From positions 77,556 to 141,555 of the forward strand of contig CAVQND010000024.1 in the NCBI GenBank assembly GCA_963713735.1: a stretch of DNA of 64,000 bases, in the 5' to 3' direction. This DNA comes from an uncultured bacterium. Lineage in GTDB: Bacteria; Verrucomicrobiota; Verrucomicrobiia; Limisphaerales; UBA8199. Under the pieces are notes generated by a model, which saw only the letters and a program-made list of their open reading frames with translations, did no database searches and had not been told where the DNA came from. The position numbers were made by a program, and so were the translations under genes. Shown piece by piece: positions 24,185 to 35,328 of the stretch (the stretch's first letter is position 1; every line of letters starts with the position of its first letter).

Positions 24185-25550
24185 GCCGGGAAAACAGGAC
24201 GATGCCCACCAGGCCGGCAGAAGCCTGACATCAGGAGGACGATTTGGCCCGAGGCCAGGCCGAGTTGGGTCCAGGTGACGCTCCGGCCGGTGCTCAGGGA
24301 ATTGACGGGAGAAAAGTCCATGGCCAAACGGATGACCTTGAGGGCAGCCCGAAAGGTCGGGATGACCACCACGTCGACCGGGGAGGAGCCTCTGGTGCCC
24401 TTTTCGGGGTTATACTCGGCGATGGTGCCTTCCTCGACGGCGCCAGCCAGGGTGCTGCTGGACAGAGTCATGACCAGCAGGCCCAGCGAGACGAAGGCGG
24501 CCACGGGGAATGAAAGCAGACTGGCCGAGGCCAGGCCCACCGCCGCCAGCAGGGCCATCCAGCACAGGATTATGCCCAGCCCCCGCGCGTAGCTGGGCCC
24601 GAAACCGCCTTCGCGGTAGAGGACCTCGACGCCGTCTTCGAGGGGGACACTCAGGGCGGTCTCGTTGGGATTGCCGAAACTGATCGTGAGCACCCCGTCC
24701 CGATCGAAGAGGTCCGGGGGAATTTGGAACTCATGGAAAGTCTCGGCGGCCATGCTCATCAAATCGCTTTGCCAGGCCGGGTTTTTGGCGGCACGCCAAC
24801 CTGAAAGACGCCACCGTAAGTGCCGCTGGCGCTTACTTCTCGGCGGCGTTGAACTTGACTCTGAGGAAAAGGGGTTGGCCGCGCAGGCGATGGCGCGCCA
24901 GGCCGAGGTTGATTCTCCAGGGGCGCGATTGGTAGCCGGGCGGGATCACCTCGTAGGCCGCCTTGACGTTTTCGCGGATTTGCCGGCGCACTTCCGCCGA
25001 GATTGGCTTTGCCGAAGTCGAGCGGATTTTTCTCGAGGCGTTCCCGGAGCACCCGATCGGTGTTGGCATCGATCTCCTTGTCGAAATTCTTTTCCCTGGC
25101 CGAGCCGCGCGCAACCAGGACTTCGTTGCGCAGGACCTGCTGCTGGTCCGGGGGCAAGCGGTGGGCGCGCCATTGCAGCAGGCCATAGACACAGCCGCCC
25201 GACAAGGCCAGGAGCACCGCATCCAGGGAGACGATGCCCAGCCATTTGCCCAACCAGATTTGCCAGCGGGCGATGGGCTTGACGGCCAGCATCTGGACCT
25301 GGCATTCCTCGATGTCGCGGGCCAGCGTCCCGCAGGCCAGCCAGAGCGTCGAGAGCCCCAGCAATGCCGTGATCGCCGTCAGCGTGTAGGTCAGCAGAAT
25401 CTGGGTGAAGCCCCGCGCCGTCCCGTCGTCCTTGATCAACAACGGCAATCCGACCACCGAGATGAGCAACAACGCGGAAACGACCAGAAAGAGGCGGAAG
25501 CGAAAGGCGGCTTTCCAGGTCAACCAGGCGATGGCATAGAGGCGTTGCAT
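24181..25550 (-). CDS. ABC-2-type transporter permease. At least two frameshifts.
   Basis: N-terminal TM helices (LFLVVSALLLISVVGLPLL). C-terminal membrane part lies in ORF 24181..24762. Sits directly downstream of the ABC ATPase gene. Confidence 0.45.
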
Positions 25551-25579
25551 CAGGGGGGAAAAGGGATGAATTATGAATT

Positions 25580-26869
25580 ATGAATTATGAGCTTGCAGGC
25601 GGGAGCAGTTCATTTTGCAGTTCGACCCGGGTTTTTGCCCAACAGCGACGCCAGCTTTTCGTTGGCTTGTTCGAGGCCGGCCTCCTTGGAGGGCGCGGGC
25701 GGCGGGGCGGGCGCGGCCGGAGCCGGGGCCTTGGCCAGGGAATCGAGTTTCTCCTGGTCCACTGCCGGGGCCGGGGCGGGCGCCGGGGCGGGCGCCTCGG
25801 CGCGCAGGGGCCAACGTGAACCGCTCGAGCAACTTGTCGGCTGCGGGCTGGCCTTCGGCCTCTCCGCGCAGGTAGGCGGCCACTCGGGCGCCGGCCAGCA
25901 CGCCGGAGGTCTGGGCGGCGGCCTGCTGGGCATTCTTGACTACCTCGAGGAAATAGTTTTCGAGGTTTTGCGTGGGGGTATCGATCCGGACCCTGTCCTC
26001 GGCGACGTCCTTGCGGATGAGGCTGAGCACGCGCTCGATGGTTTCCCGCGGCAGCGCGGGCGCAGTGATGCGGATGGAATCGGGTTTGGCCAGCAACTCC
26101 CGCAAAGCGCCCATGGCCTGGACTCTGCCCGCCGTAATAAATCACCACCCGATCGCAGACATCCTCGACATCCGCCAGCAAATGGCTGCTGAGAATGACG
26201 GTCTTGCCGCGCCCGGCCAAGGCCCGGATGAGGTCCTTGACCTCGCGGCAACCGATGGGGTCCAGGCCCGGAGGTGGGCTCGTCGAGGATGACCAGGTCG
26301 GGGTCGTTGATGAGCGCCTGGGCCAGGCCGATGCGGCGCTGCATGCCCTTGGAGAACTCGCCGACCGCCCGGCGTTGGACCTGCCTGAGGCCGACCATCT
26401 CGAGCAATTGCTCGGAGCGGTCGGCCCGCTTGTCCTTGGGCAACTCGAAGAGGTTGCCGAAAAAGTTGAGCGTTTCGCGCGAGTCCAGGTAGCGATAGAG
26501 ATAGGATTCCTCGGGCAAATAGCCGATGCGCGCCTTGGTGGGCACGTGCTGGGGCGAATGACCAAAGACCCGGATGTGGCCTCGCGTGGGATGGAGCAGG
26601 CCCAGAATCAGTTTGACCGTCGTGGACTTGCCGGAGCCGTTTGGCCCGAGCAGGCCGAAGACCTCGCCTCGCCGCACCTCGAAATCCACGCGATCCACTG
26701 CCAGCGCCTTGGGCCGGCCCCAAAAATCCTTGAAGACCTTGGTCAGGCCGCTGACCGAAACGACCACCTCCTCCGAGTGCGGAGTGCCGAGCGCGGAGTG
26801 CGGAGAGGAGAAACCCTCCGAGTTCGAAGTCAGGGGTGCGGCGTGTGGAGCGGAAAGATCAGCGGGCAT
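25580..26869 (-). CDS. ABC transporter ATP-binding protein with a Pro/Ala-rich C-terminal extension. Frameshifted.
   Basis: Walker A GPNGSGKST. Signature FSKGMQRRIGLAQAL. Walker B LVILDEPTSG. The C-terminus APAPAPAPAVDQEKLDSLAKAPAPAAPAPPPAP lies in another frame. Confidence 0.75.
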
Positions 26870-26880
26870 AGTCAGTCATA

Positions 26881-26929
26881 CTATCTTAATCTTAATCTTA
26901 ATCTTAATCCTAATCTTAACCTTAATTCC
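26881..26929. repeat. CTTAAT/CCTAAT hexanucleotide tract between the ABC ATPase and P-type ATPase genes
   Basis: ctatcttaatcttaatcttaatcttaatcctaatcttaaccttaattcc. Confidence 0.9.
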
Positions 26930-26932
26930 AGC

Positions 26933-28954
26933 TCAGGCCCCTCTGACGGCCAACTCCGGCTGCGGGGCCGGCGGGGCGGGCCGGCTCGGTTCGGCGGGGG
27001 CGGCGGGCGCAGGCTGGTAATGCTCGAGTTCCTCGCCCTTGCGGACCAGGCGGGCGCTGTTGAACACCACGATGAGGGAGCCGCCGGTGTGCATGGCGGC
27101 GGCCACGATGGGCGGGACCTGGCCCAGGGCGGCCAGGGTCATGCCGCCGATAATAAAGGCGACGCCGAAGAGAAAGTTCTGGTTGATGACCAGGCGGGTG
27201 CTGCGGGAGAGTTTGACCAGGAAGGGGAGCCGGCGCAGGTCGTTGTTCATGAGGGCGATAGTGGCGCTGTGAATGGCCACCTCGCTGCCGGCGGCGCCCA
27301 TGGCGATGCCGATGTCACCCGCCGCCAGGGCGGGGGCATCATTGACGCCGTCGCCGACGACGGCCACCTGGAAGCCTTTGGCCTTGATGGACCGCACGAA
27401 CTCGACCTTGTTTTGCGGCAGGCACTCGCCTTTGACTTCCTCGCACCCGATTTCCTGGGCCACGCGCAGGGCCACCGGCTGGCGGTCGCCGGAGACCATC
27501 GCCACGCGGCGGACGCCGCTCCTTTTCAATTCCGCCAGCGATTCGCGGGCCTCGGCGCGGGTTTGGTCCTGCAAGCCGATCCAGCCGACGCACCGGCGGT
27601 CCAGGGCCACAAAGATGAGGCTCCATCCCTCGGTCTCGTTGAGGTCCACCGATTTCATGAAGTCTTCGCTAACCTGGTTGTCACGCAGCCATTGGGCGCG
27701 TCCGACCAGGACGGTGGAGCCGTTGACCTTGGCCTTGATGCCGCGCCCGGCGGCCTCGGAGAAATCCTTGGGGTCGTCCAGGGGCACTCCGGCCTCGGCG
27801 GCGAGTTGGGCGAGGGCCTTGGCGGTGGGGTGGTTGCTGTATTTCTCGGCTGAGGCGGCCAGGCGGAGCAGCTCGGCGGGCTTGGTCTGGCCCAGAGGGG
27901 CGAGCCGGCTCACGGCCAGTTCTCCGGTGGTCAGGGTGCCGGTCTTGTCAAAAACGAAGGCGTTGATCTTGGCGGCCGACTCGATGTCGGCGACGTTCTT
28001 GATGAGGATGCCCAGGCGGGCGGCGGCGGACAGTGCGGCGACCATGGCGGTGGGGGTGGCCAGGATGAAGGCGCAGGGGCAACTGAAGATGATGACGGAG
28101 ATGACGTTGTTGAGGTTCCGGGTGAAGGCCCAGACCAGCGCCGCAATCACCAGGACCAGCGGCGTATAGAAGCCCATGTACTGATCCACGATCTTCATCA
28201 TCGGCAGCCGCGTCTTTTCGGCGGCCAGGATCAATTCGCGGACGCGCCCCAGGGTCGTGTCGGTGCCGGCGCGCGTGACTTTGATCTCGAGCACCCCGGT
28301 GAGGTTCTGCGTCCCGGCGAAGACCTCGTCCCCCGGTTTCTTGTCGGCCGGCAGCGATTCGCCCGTAATCGTCGCCTGGTTGAAAGAGCCTTGGCCGGCC
28401 AGGATGACACCGTCGGCGGCGACATTGTCTCCGGGCCGCACGCGGATGACATCGCCGATGGCCAGGTCCTGGGCCGCCACCTCTTCCTCGCCCGTCTTGG
28501 TGATGCGGCGGGCTTTGGTGGGAGTCAGGCGAATAAGGGATTCAATCGAGGCGCGGGCCCCTTCGGCCGTGCGGGTCTCGATGATTTCACCCATGAGCAT
28601 GAAGAAGGCCACCACCCCGGCGGTCTTGTAATCGGCCGAGGCAAAGGCGGCCAGGACGGCGATGGCGACCAGTTCGTTGATGCTCAGCACGCCGCGGTAG
28701 ATGTCCTTAACGGCGGTCCAGACGATTGGGTAGCCAAGCATGATGGCGCCCAGAAAGGCGCTGACGCTGGCCACGGTCTGGCCCTTGTCAAAGGCCCAAT
28801 CCACGATGAACGCGTTCAGGACACAAACGACCCCAACCAGGGTCTGCCACAGGCGGACGGCGGCGTGGTCGTGGTCGTGATCGGGGCCGCACGACGGACA
28901 CGAGCCGTTGTGCTCGTCCTCGTGCCGGCGGCTCAGGAGAGAGGTGACTTGCAT
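26933..28954 (-). CDS. P1B-type heavy-metal-translocating ATPase. Likely substrate Zn2+/Cd2+/Pb2+.
   Basis: SCPCAFILATP (CPC motif), DKTGTLT, GDGVNDAPALA. His-rich N-terminus HEDEHNGSCPSCGPDHDHDH. Confidence 0.85.
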   Translation of the reverse strand: MQVTSLLSRRHEDEHNGSCPSCGPDHDHDHAAVRLWQTLVGVVCVLNAFIVDWAFDKGQTVASVSAFLGAIMLGYPIVWTAVKDIYRGVLSINELVAIAVLAAFASADYKTAGVVAFFMLMGEIIETRTAEGARASIESLIRLTPTKARRITKTGEEEVAAQDLAIGDVIRVRPGDNVAADGVILAGQGSFNQATITGESLPADKKPGDEVFAGTQNLTGVLEIKVTRAGTDTTLGRVRELILAAEKTRLPMMKIVDQYMGFYTPLVLVIAALVWAFTRNLNNVISVIIFSCPCAFILATPTAMVAALSAAARLGILIKNVADIESAAKINAFVFDKTGTLTTGELAVSRLAPLGQTKPAELLRLAASAEKYSNHPTAKALAQLAAEAGVPLDDPKDFSEAAGRGIKAKVNGSTVLVGRAQWLRDNQVSEDFMKSVDLNETEGWSLIFVALDRRCVGWIGLQDQTRAEARESLAELKRSGVRRVAMVSGDRQPVALRVAQEIGCEEVKGECLPQNKVEFVRSIKAKGFQVAVVGDGVNDAPALAAGDIGIAMGAAGSEVAIHSATIALMNNDLRRLPFLVKLSRSTRLVINQNFLFGVAFIIGGMTLAALGQVPPIVAAAMHTGGSLIVVFNSARLVRKGEELEHYQPAPAAPAEPSRPAPPAPQPELAVRGA

Positions 28955-28955
28955 G

Positions 28956-30056
28956 TTAAAAAAGGTACTTCATCGGCTTTCTTCCGTGGCCGCCTTTGCG
29001 GGCGGACGATTGAGCAGGAGCCGCAGTTCCTGGGGCGTTTCGGGCAGGAAGATTTTGTCCTGGACGTTGGTCATGACGCGCGCCCAGGGTTGCGGCCAGG
29101 CGCTGCTGCGCAAAGAGGCTGGGGTTCTCGCTGTACTTGGGCAGCAGGTCTTGGAATTGCTTGGCGCGGCTCGAAATGTCATCGACAAACCGGGCGCGCT
29201 CCGACTCGGCGAGCTTGATGCGGGTGGAAGCCTCGGCGCCCGCCCGGTTGGTGGTTTGAATCTCATAGCCCCGCGCCTCGGCAATGACTTTGCTGCGGCG
29301 CAGTTCGGCATCGATGACGCTTTGGAAGGCATCCTGCAATTGGCGGGGCGCCTTGCTGCGCACGTCGCAGGCCTCGACTGTCACCCCGAACTGGCGCTCT
29401 TGGACCAACTCGGTGGCGCGCCTCAGGACGGCGTCTCTGAAGCCCAGGACGTCGCGCACCAGAAGGTCATCGATCTTGTAACGGGAGGCGGCATAGAGGA
29501 GGGAATTATCCAGGGCGTTCCGGACCGCGTTCGAGGCATTGGCGAAATCGAAGATGTATTTCACGGGGTCGCTGATGTGGTAGGTCAACGTGGCCCGGAC
29601 ATGGACGATATTGGTGTCGGCGGAGATGGCGTAGCTGTCCACAACCGGGTCCATCGGCATGCCGAACGGGACCCTGGGTTCGGTGCCGGCCAGTTCCTGC
29701 TCTCGCGTGGTGGCGTACCAGCCGACGGACGATTCGACCTGCTGGAGGCCCGAGATCGAGACGATGACAGGCTCATCGATGGGGTACGGGAACGACCAAT
29801 GCAGCCCCGGCCCCAGCAGGGCCTGCTGGCCTTGGGCCACGGGCCGGCCAAAGCGCAGGATAATCGCCTGCTGCTGCGGCCCGACGGTGAAAAACCCCGA
29901 GGCCAGGAAAACGGCGACCAGGATGAGCATGACCAACTTGATGATGACGAAACTGCTGCGCAGGGCCTCGGCCAGGGCTTGGGAGCCGGCATCCACCGGC
30001 GTCTCCGGCGGCGGGGGGCCGGGCGGCGGCTTGGGGGTAAGGGGCAGGTCGTCCAT
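28956..30056 (-). CDS. SPFH/band-7 protein, HflK-like. Possible C-terminal frameshift.
   Basis: TM anchor then FTVGPQQQAIILRFGRPV...HWSFPYPIDEPVIV and a coiled-coil tail. Confidence 0.7.
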   Translation of the reverse strand: MDDLPLTPKPPPGPPPPETPVDAGSQALAEALRSSFVIIKLVMLILVAVFLASGFFTVGPQQQAIILRFGRPVAQGQQALLGPGLHWSFPYPIDEPVIVSISGLQQVESSVGWYATTREQELAGTEPRVPFGMPMDPVVDSYAISADTNIVHVRATLTYHISDPVKYIFDFANASNAVRNALDNSLLYAASRYKIDDLLVRDVLGFRDAVLRRATELVQERQFGVTVEACDVRSKAPRQLQDAFQSVIDAELRRSKVIAEARGYEIQTTNRAGAEASTRIKLAESERARFVDDISSRAKQFQDLLPKYSENPSLFAQQRLAATLGARHDQRPGQNLPARNAPGTAAPAQSSARKGGHGRKPMKYLF

Positions 30057-30106
30057 AACTATTGCGCGAACTCCGGCGGTGAGGGGTGATGCATGGCGCG
30101 ACCGGG

Positions 30107-31043
30107 CTATTGCTTCACGCGGTTGGTGGACACGCCGTTCAGGAGATTGCTCGACACGCCGTGCAGGAGGCCAAAGGGGGGCGTGTTTGCGTCGAAGATC
30201 AGCGTCGAGTGGTCCTTGAGCGATTCTTTGAGGGCGTCCAGTTGGATGATGAATTTGGCCAACTCCGGGTCCTGTTTGAAGACGGCCAACGACTCGGCCG
30301 CCTGGGCTTCGCCCAAGGCGCGGATTTGTGTGGCCTTGCTATCGGCGTCGGAGAGCATCACGGCGGCCTTGCTGTCGGCTTGCGAGCGGATCTTGGTGGC
30401 TTCGGATTCCCCTTCGGATTGGGAGGTATCGGACAGGACCTTGCGCTCGGCCTGCATCCGGTCGAACACCGTCTTGCTGACGTTCTCGGGCAGTTGCAGC
30501 CTCTTGATGCCCAGGAACCTGATATCCAGGCCCCAACTGTTGGTCGAGATCTGCGCTTGGATGGTCTTGCGCATTTCATCTTCGATGGCCAGCAGGCCGG
30601 CCCCGTTCTCGCTCGTGGAGACGAAATCGGACAGGGCATGTTTGCCGACAATGGCTTTTTCGACATTGCCGACCCGCTCCTCGAGTTTGCGCTCGGCCTC
30701 GGCAATGGCATTGAGACTGCCGGCAAACTTCGGGAAGAAAGCGGCGGGGTCGGTAATCTGCCATCCCACATAGACCGAGGTGAGCAGGTTGAAGCTGTCC
30801 TTGGTCAGGCCCTCGGTAAGCCGATCCTCGAAATTCTGGATGCGTTGGTCGAACTTATACACCTTCTGGATGGGCCAGGGCCACTTATAGTGGCGGCCGG
30901 GCTCGGTGATGGGCCGGGTCGGTTTGCCGAACGTCGTGACCATGGCCGACCTCCGATTGGCGGACCTGAAACACAAAGAGCAGCAGGCCGAAGATCAACA
31001 GCAGCAGCAAGCCGATCGACAGGGTGAAGAGGTTGCGTTTCAT
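30107..31043 (-). CDS. SPFH/band-7 protein, HflC-like. N-terminal frameshift at about 30945.
   Basis: VVTTFGKPTRPITEPGRHYKWPWPIQKVYKFDQRIQ. An N-terminal TM helix is encoded upstream in another frame. Confidence 0.7.
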
Positions 31044-31049
31044 GGAAGA

Positions 31050-32957
31050 TTACTTGTTCGGTTTGTTCGTCGAGACGTTCAGGTTTTCCAGGAGTTCGGG
31101 CCGAATACGGTCCTGGAGGTCGAAGATGAGGACGTTATGGGTATTGGTGGTGAGCATAATGTACTTGCGCGCGTTGGCGGTGGCGCGGGTGAAAGTCCGC
31201 AGATAGGCCCGCTCCGCATAAACCGAGGGGGCCGCCTGGAAAGCAGGGATCTGGTTGGTGAACAGGGCCGCGTCGGCCAGGGCCCGCGCTTGGTTGGCTT
31301 CACGCTCCGCGCCGGCCTTGTTGAGAATCGTGGCGACCTGGGCGCCCGCCAGGTTGTTGGTCCGAATCTCGTCGGCCCGGGCCTCCAGAATCTTCGCCAG
31401 CTTGGTTTGGGTGGCGGCGACGACCCCCTCATAATCCTTGGCCACTTTGACCGGAGGATGCAGATCCTGCAAGGCGACGGCCAGGATGCGGACGCCCAGT
31501 TGGCGCTCATCGGCGGCAGCCTGGATGCGGTTGGCCAGCGTTTCCGAGGCCTCGAGCCGCCCGCTGGACATCAGTTCGTTCATGTCGGCGCTGGCAAAAT
31601 AGCGGACAACCTCTCGAGTCGCCACGTCATGCAGCAGGGAGGGGGCATCTTCGTTGGTGTACGACCAGACCATCAGGTTGGTGATCTGGTACTCCACCGG
31701 GATGCTACCGGTGATGAAGCTCACCGGGGGCGTCCGTTTGCCGGCAGGTTCGTTGGTGGCCCCGAGCATGCCCCCATCCCGGTTGGCCACCAGGAAGTCC
31801 TCTTCCTTGGCGCCGGGGCGCGTGTGGGCCTTGGTCCAGAGCACGACCGGCTCGTTTTCCTTCGAGGAATCCCCCGTTACTCCGACTTCAAGGGTCTGGA
31901 TCTGCTCGGTGCGCGAGCGATAGACCCGGTCGATGGGCCAGGGCAATTTCAAATGAGCCCCCGCCTTGAGCACGGTGCGGCCCTCGACGGGCCTGCCGAA
32001 GCGCTCCAGCAGGCCCTCCTCGCCGGCGTCGATGAACACCAGGCACGTCGAGAGCAACAACACGCTCCCTTGGAGCAGCAGCAGCCACTTGAGCGCCCGC
32101 TCGAAAAACAGCCGATAAAACCAGGTTTCGGAAACCTTGAAGCCGAATTGGTAATCCACCGCCTGGGCGGCTGTGGTGACCAGGCCCTCCGGCTGGGCCA
32201 GCAGGCCCACGAGCCGGCTCTCATACAAAGGCCGCTCGACCTTGCCCTTGACCCGGGGCCGATAGATCTCGAGCACCAGCGCGATGAGGGTTTCGACCGC
32301 CACCAGCCCCAGCAGGACGCACAGCGCGTGCGCCAGCACGAAGTCCGCCTTGGGGAATTGCCATCTCGCGGCGATGATGCCGGCCGCCACCAGCCCGCAG
32401 ATGAAGGCGTTGAGCAGGACATAACTGGCGCTGGGCCGGAGCAGGCGGTTGTTCTCCAGCCGCGCGTAGGTGGCCGAAAACCGGCCCAGCAGGAAGAGCA
32501 CCAGCGCGAACACGCCGAAGAGCCCCAGGGCGATTGTCGGTTCCTTCAAGTCGCCGACCGTCGTGGGTTTGCCCAGCCAGCGCCAGAAGAAATAAGCCCC
32601 TCCGCCTTGCAGCAGGCACAACAGGACGGTGAATGCCGGGACAAAGACCCGCTCGAACTGCTCGCGCGAACGCTGCGCCGGAAAGACCTCGGCGTCCTTG
32701 GCCTCGAACAGAGCCGAGCCGGCGTGCGTTCTGGCCAGATCCTCCAATTCCAGCTTCTCCAGCCGCTCGTTCTCCTCCAGGCGCATCTGAAACCAGCTTA
32801 CGGCCGCCACCAGCAGGCCCATGCCCAGGAACAGCGTGCCGACCTGGCCGGCCAGCGAATTGCTGTTCCGGGCCACGGCGAAGCCCGCAACCCCAACCAC
32901 CAGCAGTGCCAGCAGATTGATCAGACCGATTTTCTGTGTGCTTCGTTCCATAGTCAA
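31050..32957 (-). CDS. Polytopic membrane protein fused to a C-terminal SPFH domain
   Basis: About 8 predicted TM helices in the first ~300 aa. Then LKLPWPIDRVYRSRTEQIQTLEV and an HflK-like C-terminal region. Confidence 0.6.
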   Translation of the reverse strand: MTMERSTQKIGLINLLALLVVGVAGFAVARNSNSLAGQVGTLFLGMGLLVAAVSWFQMRLEENERLEKLELEDLARTHAGSALFEAKDAEVFPAQRSREQFERVFVPAFTVLLCLLQGGGAYFFWRWLGKPTTVGDLKEPTIALGLFGVFALVLFLLGRFSATYARLENNRLLRPSASYVLLNAFICGLVAAGIIAARWQFPKADFVLAHALCVLLGLVAVETLIALVLEIYRPRVKGKVERPLYESRLVGLLAQPEGLVTTAAQAVDYQFGFKVSETWFYRLFFERALKWLLLLQGSVLLLSTCLVFIDAGEEGLLERFGRPVEGRTVLKAGAHLKLPWPIDRVYRSRTEQIQTLEVGVTGDSSKENEPVVLWTKAHTRPGAKEEDFLVANRDGGMLGATNEPAGKRTPPVSFITGSIPVEYQITNLMVWSYTNEDAPSLLHDVATREVVRYFASADMNELMSSGRLEASETLANRIQAAADERQLGVRILAVALQDLHPPVKVAKDYEGVVAATQTKLAKILEARADEIRTNNLAGAQVATILNKAGAEREANQARALADAALFTNQIPAFQAAPSVYAERAYLRTFTRATANARKYIMLTTNTHNVLIFDLQDRIRPELLENLNVSTNKPNK

Positions 32958-34096
32958 CTCAGCTCCCGCTCTTCAAATAACATGACCGCCAGCGCCAGGG
33001 CCGCCCCCACATACGCCACGGCATAAGCAAAGGCCTTGCCCACATAGCCCCAGTGGTACGTGCTCTTGCCGCTGTCCAGGGCGTCGGCCAGCCAGAAAAG
33101 CTGCCAATTCGGCGTGAGGGTGTAAAGCACGGCGGCCCACCGCAACCCGCCCATTCCAGCCTGCGCCAGGCGTGCCCGGTCCTCGGCGCTCAAGCTGGGC
33201 TGCGCCCCGGCCTCCGGCTTGCCCTCGGGGGCCTTGGCATATTTCCGGATCAGCCCTTGGAGCAGCGCCTTTTGGCTGTCCGACCACCGGGAACTGGTCA
33301 CTTCCTCCTTGAGGTCATAACGCCAGACCGGGTCGGCTCGCCGGCCGAACAGGTAATCGGACATGATGCCCAGCAGAAACAACGCCGAGCAAACCGCCAG
33401 CGTGGGGATCATATCCAGCCGAGTCGAGCAGGCCAGGGCCAGCCCCGCCAGAATCCAGACCGCGAACAGGATGAGGATCGCCGCCGGGACCAGTTGCCAA
33501 TCCACCCCGGTGCCAAAGGCCTGGGGCTTGCCCTCTTTGGTGTAGTAGCTGATCACCACAAAAGCCACGCTCACCATCGCCACCAGGCAGAAGGCAGCGT
33601 CTGAAACAAACGGGCGGCGCAGGAAAAAATTGCTGAATCCTCCCATCAGATAGGCCACCACCAGGGCAAGGGCAAAAATGCCCAGGGCAAACAGATCCGT
33701 CGAGCCGTAGGCGTCGAAAGCCATGCGGCTGGCCAGCAGCGCCGCCACCAGGTTGACGTAGGTCAGCAGCGCCAGCGCGACGACCAGCCCGGCGTACTTG
33801 GCCAGCAGAAACTGAGAGCGGCCGACCGGTTTGGAGAGCACCGCCAGGGCCGTGCCGGCCCGAATTTCACGCGCCAGCGAGGCCGAAGCGCTCAGGACCG
33901 CCCCCAGCAACCCCGCCAGCAGCATGACTGCCAGCGTGCTGTTCTTGACCAGCTTGGGCTCGTCCCCAGACGCAAAGTAATACGGCGTCGCCAGAAAGAT
34001 CTCGAATGCGGCGGAACTGGTCATCAGCAGCAGGAATACCGGCTGCCTCACCAGCTCCATAAACGCATTGGTCGCGATGGTGATGAACTGTCTCAT
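32954..34096 (-). CDS. ABC-2-type permease-like polytopic membrane protein. First gene of the operon.
   Basis: Hydrophobic profile with at least 6 TM segments. Overlaps the next gene by 4 nt. Confidence 0.45.
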   Translation of the reverse strand: MRQFITIATNAFMELVRQPVFLLLMTSSAAFEIFLATPYYFASGDEPKLVKNSTLAVMLLAGLLGAVLSASASLAREIRAGTALAVLSKPVGRSQFLLAKYAGLVVALALLTYVNLVAALLASRMAFDAYGSTDLFALGIFALALVVAYLMGGFSNFFLRRPFVSDAAFCLVAMVSVAFVVISYYTKEGKPQAFGTGVDWQLVPAAILILFAVWILAGLALACSTRLDMIPTLAVCSALFLLGIMSDYLFGRRADPVWRYDLKEEVTSSRWSDSQKALLQGLIRKYAKAPEGKPEAGAQPSLSAEDRARLAQAGMGGLRWAAVLYTLTPNWQLFWLADALDSGKSTYHWGYVGKAFAYAVAYVGAALALAVMLFEERELS

Positions 34097-34195
34097 CGTC
34101 TAGTCCGTCAAGCCTGACAGGATACGGATTGCCGAAGTAAATGCAATCCGATAATTAATCTAGCGCATTATGCCCAACCCCGCCCGGGCCGGAAC

Positions 34196-34240
34196 TGTGC
34201 GTTTGACCGCACACGCCTGTGCGTTTCACCGCACAGGGGG
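34196..34240. promoter_or_regulatory. Two tandem 18-bp palindromes TGTGCGTTTSACCGCACA, about 100 bp upstream of the operon start. Candidate Crp/Fnr-like operator.
   Basis: ctgtgcgtttgaccgcacacgcctgtgcgtttcaccgcacagg. The half-sites TGTGCG/CGCACA also occur at 9686..9705. Confidence 0.35.
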
Positions 34241-34482
34241 GCGCTTGTGCTAACGCGAATACTTGGCAGCCCGCCGTAGCGTGAGCGGCTTGTTGAGGAT
34301 TGGCTGGGTGAGGCCGAACGCTTTGAAATTGCCGAGACGCGACTGTGCGAGCATACCCCGCCGGCCAAATCCTGCAGTACCGATTTCGAAGGGTTCGTAC
34401 CGCAGGCGCTGTCGATTGGCCGGGTCGAAGTCACTGCGGATCTCGTCAGCATCCTTGCGGCTCAGCCGAGTCCAGGTGGTCT

Positions 34483-35304
34483 TCAGGGATACTTCGCAGG
34501 ATCTGTGCAGATGTCGAATCCGTGTGGAATGCTCAGCCCAATCAGGTTAGAAATGAAGTAGCGGTCGTGAAAATCCTCCCAGATAAAGACTCTGGCGCCC
34601 AGGTTATTTGCGCGCAGCAGTCCGCCGAGGCCGGCAAAACGGTCAATCCAGTCGTTGCGGGTTGGGTACTGCTCCTGGGTGGTCTGGCCCGCCGAGTCCT
34701 TGCAGGAGCGGTGTATCTCGATGAGGTCGGGTTTACCCTCGGTATGAAGGGAGGCTGTGAGAATCTGATGGAAATCTGCGTAGCTCGGTTTTTGTGGATC
34801 GATATTCGGGTCAATAAGCATTACGCTGTTTGAATGCCGCAGCACGGGTCTCAAGTGGAGAACGTAGTCGTTTATCTGCCGGTCGAGTCGGAGGGAGCAA
34901 CTCCGGGACTTCCACCAAGGGGCAGCATGAAGCCGACTGATGGAGACGACGAAGGCGTCTGCCTCCTGCTCTGCCAGGTCCGGCATGGCCAGGGCGGCTT
35001 GGAGCCTGCGGTCATGGAGTCCCAGTTCCTCCGACCTCCTGGCTTCCCAAAGCCACTCGTCGGGGGTGGAGGGCTGGCCCAGCGGGGTCGGGGCGATCTC
35101 TCGGAGGCGGGCTGCATTTACAAGGGCTTCAAACAACTGCCGCCCTGCAGGCGTGCAGCGTGCAATGTTGCTGAGTACCTGACTGCCGCCACCCACCTCG
35201 CCGCAGGTCGCGCACCACCCCATCGTTGAGCAGGAGATCGGCCAACTGTGCCATGCAGGCATCGTGTGCATCGCCCGTGCAACCGTTCGCGGGTTCGAAT
35301 ACAT
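34483..35304 (-). CDS. Uncharacterised partner protein of the ABC-type ATPase. Candidate effector of a two-gene defence module.
   Basis: Starts 25 bp downstream of the ATPase stop on the same strand. Local GC is lower. No recognised motifs. Confidence 0.35.
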   Translation of the reverse strand: MYSNPRTVARAMHTMPAWHSWPISCSTMGWCATCGEVGGGSQVLSNIARCTPAGRQLFEALVNAARLREIAPTPLGQPSTPDEWLWEARRSEELGLHDRRLQAALAMPDLAEQEADAFVVSISRLHAAPWWKSRSCSLRLDRQINDYVLHLRPVLRHSNSVMLIDPNIDPQKPSYADFHQILTASLHTEGKPDLIEIHRSCKDSAGQTTQEQYPTRNDWIDRFAGLGGLLRANNLGARVFIWEDFHDRYFISNLIGLSIPHGFDICTDPAKYP

Positions 35305-35328
35305 CGGGCATTAATGCAAATTCGGAGA

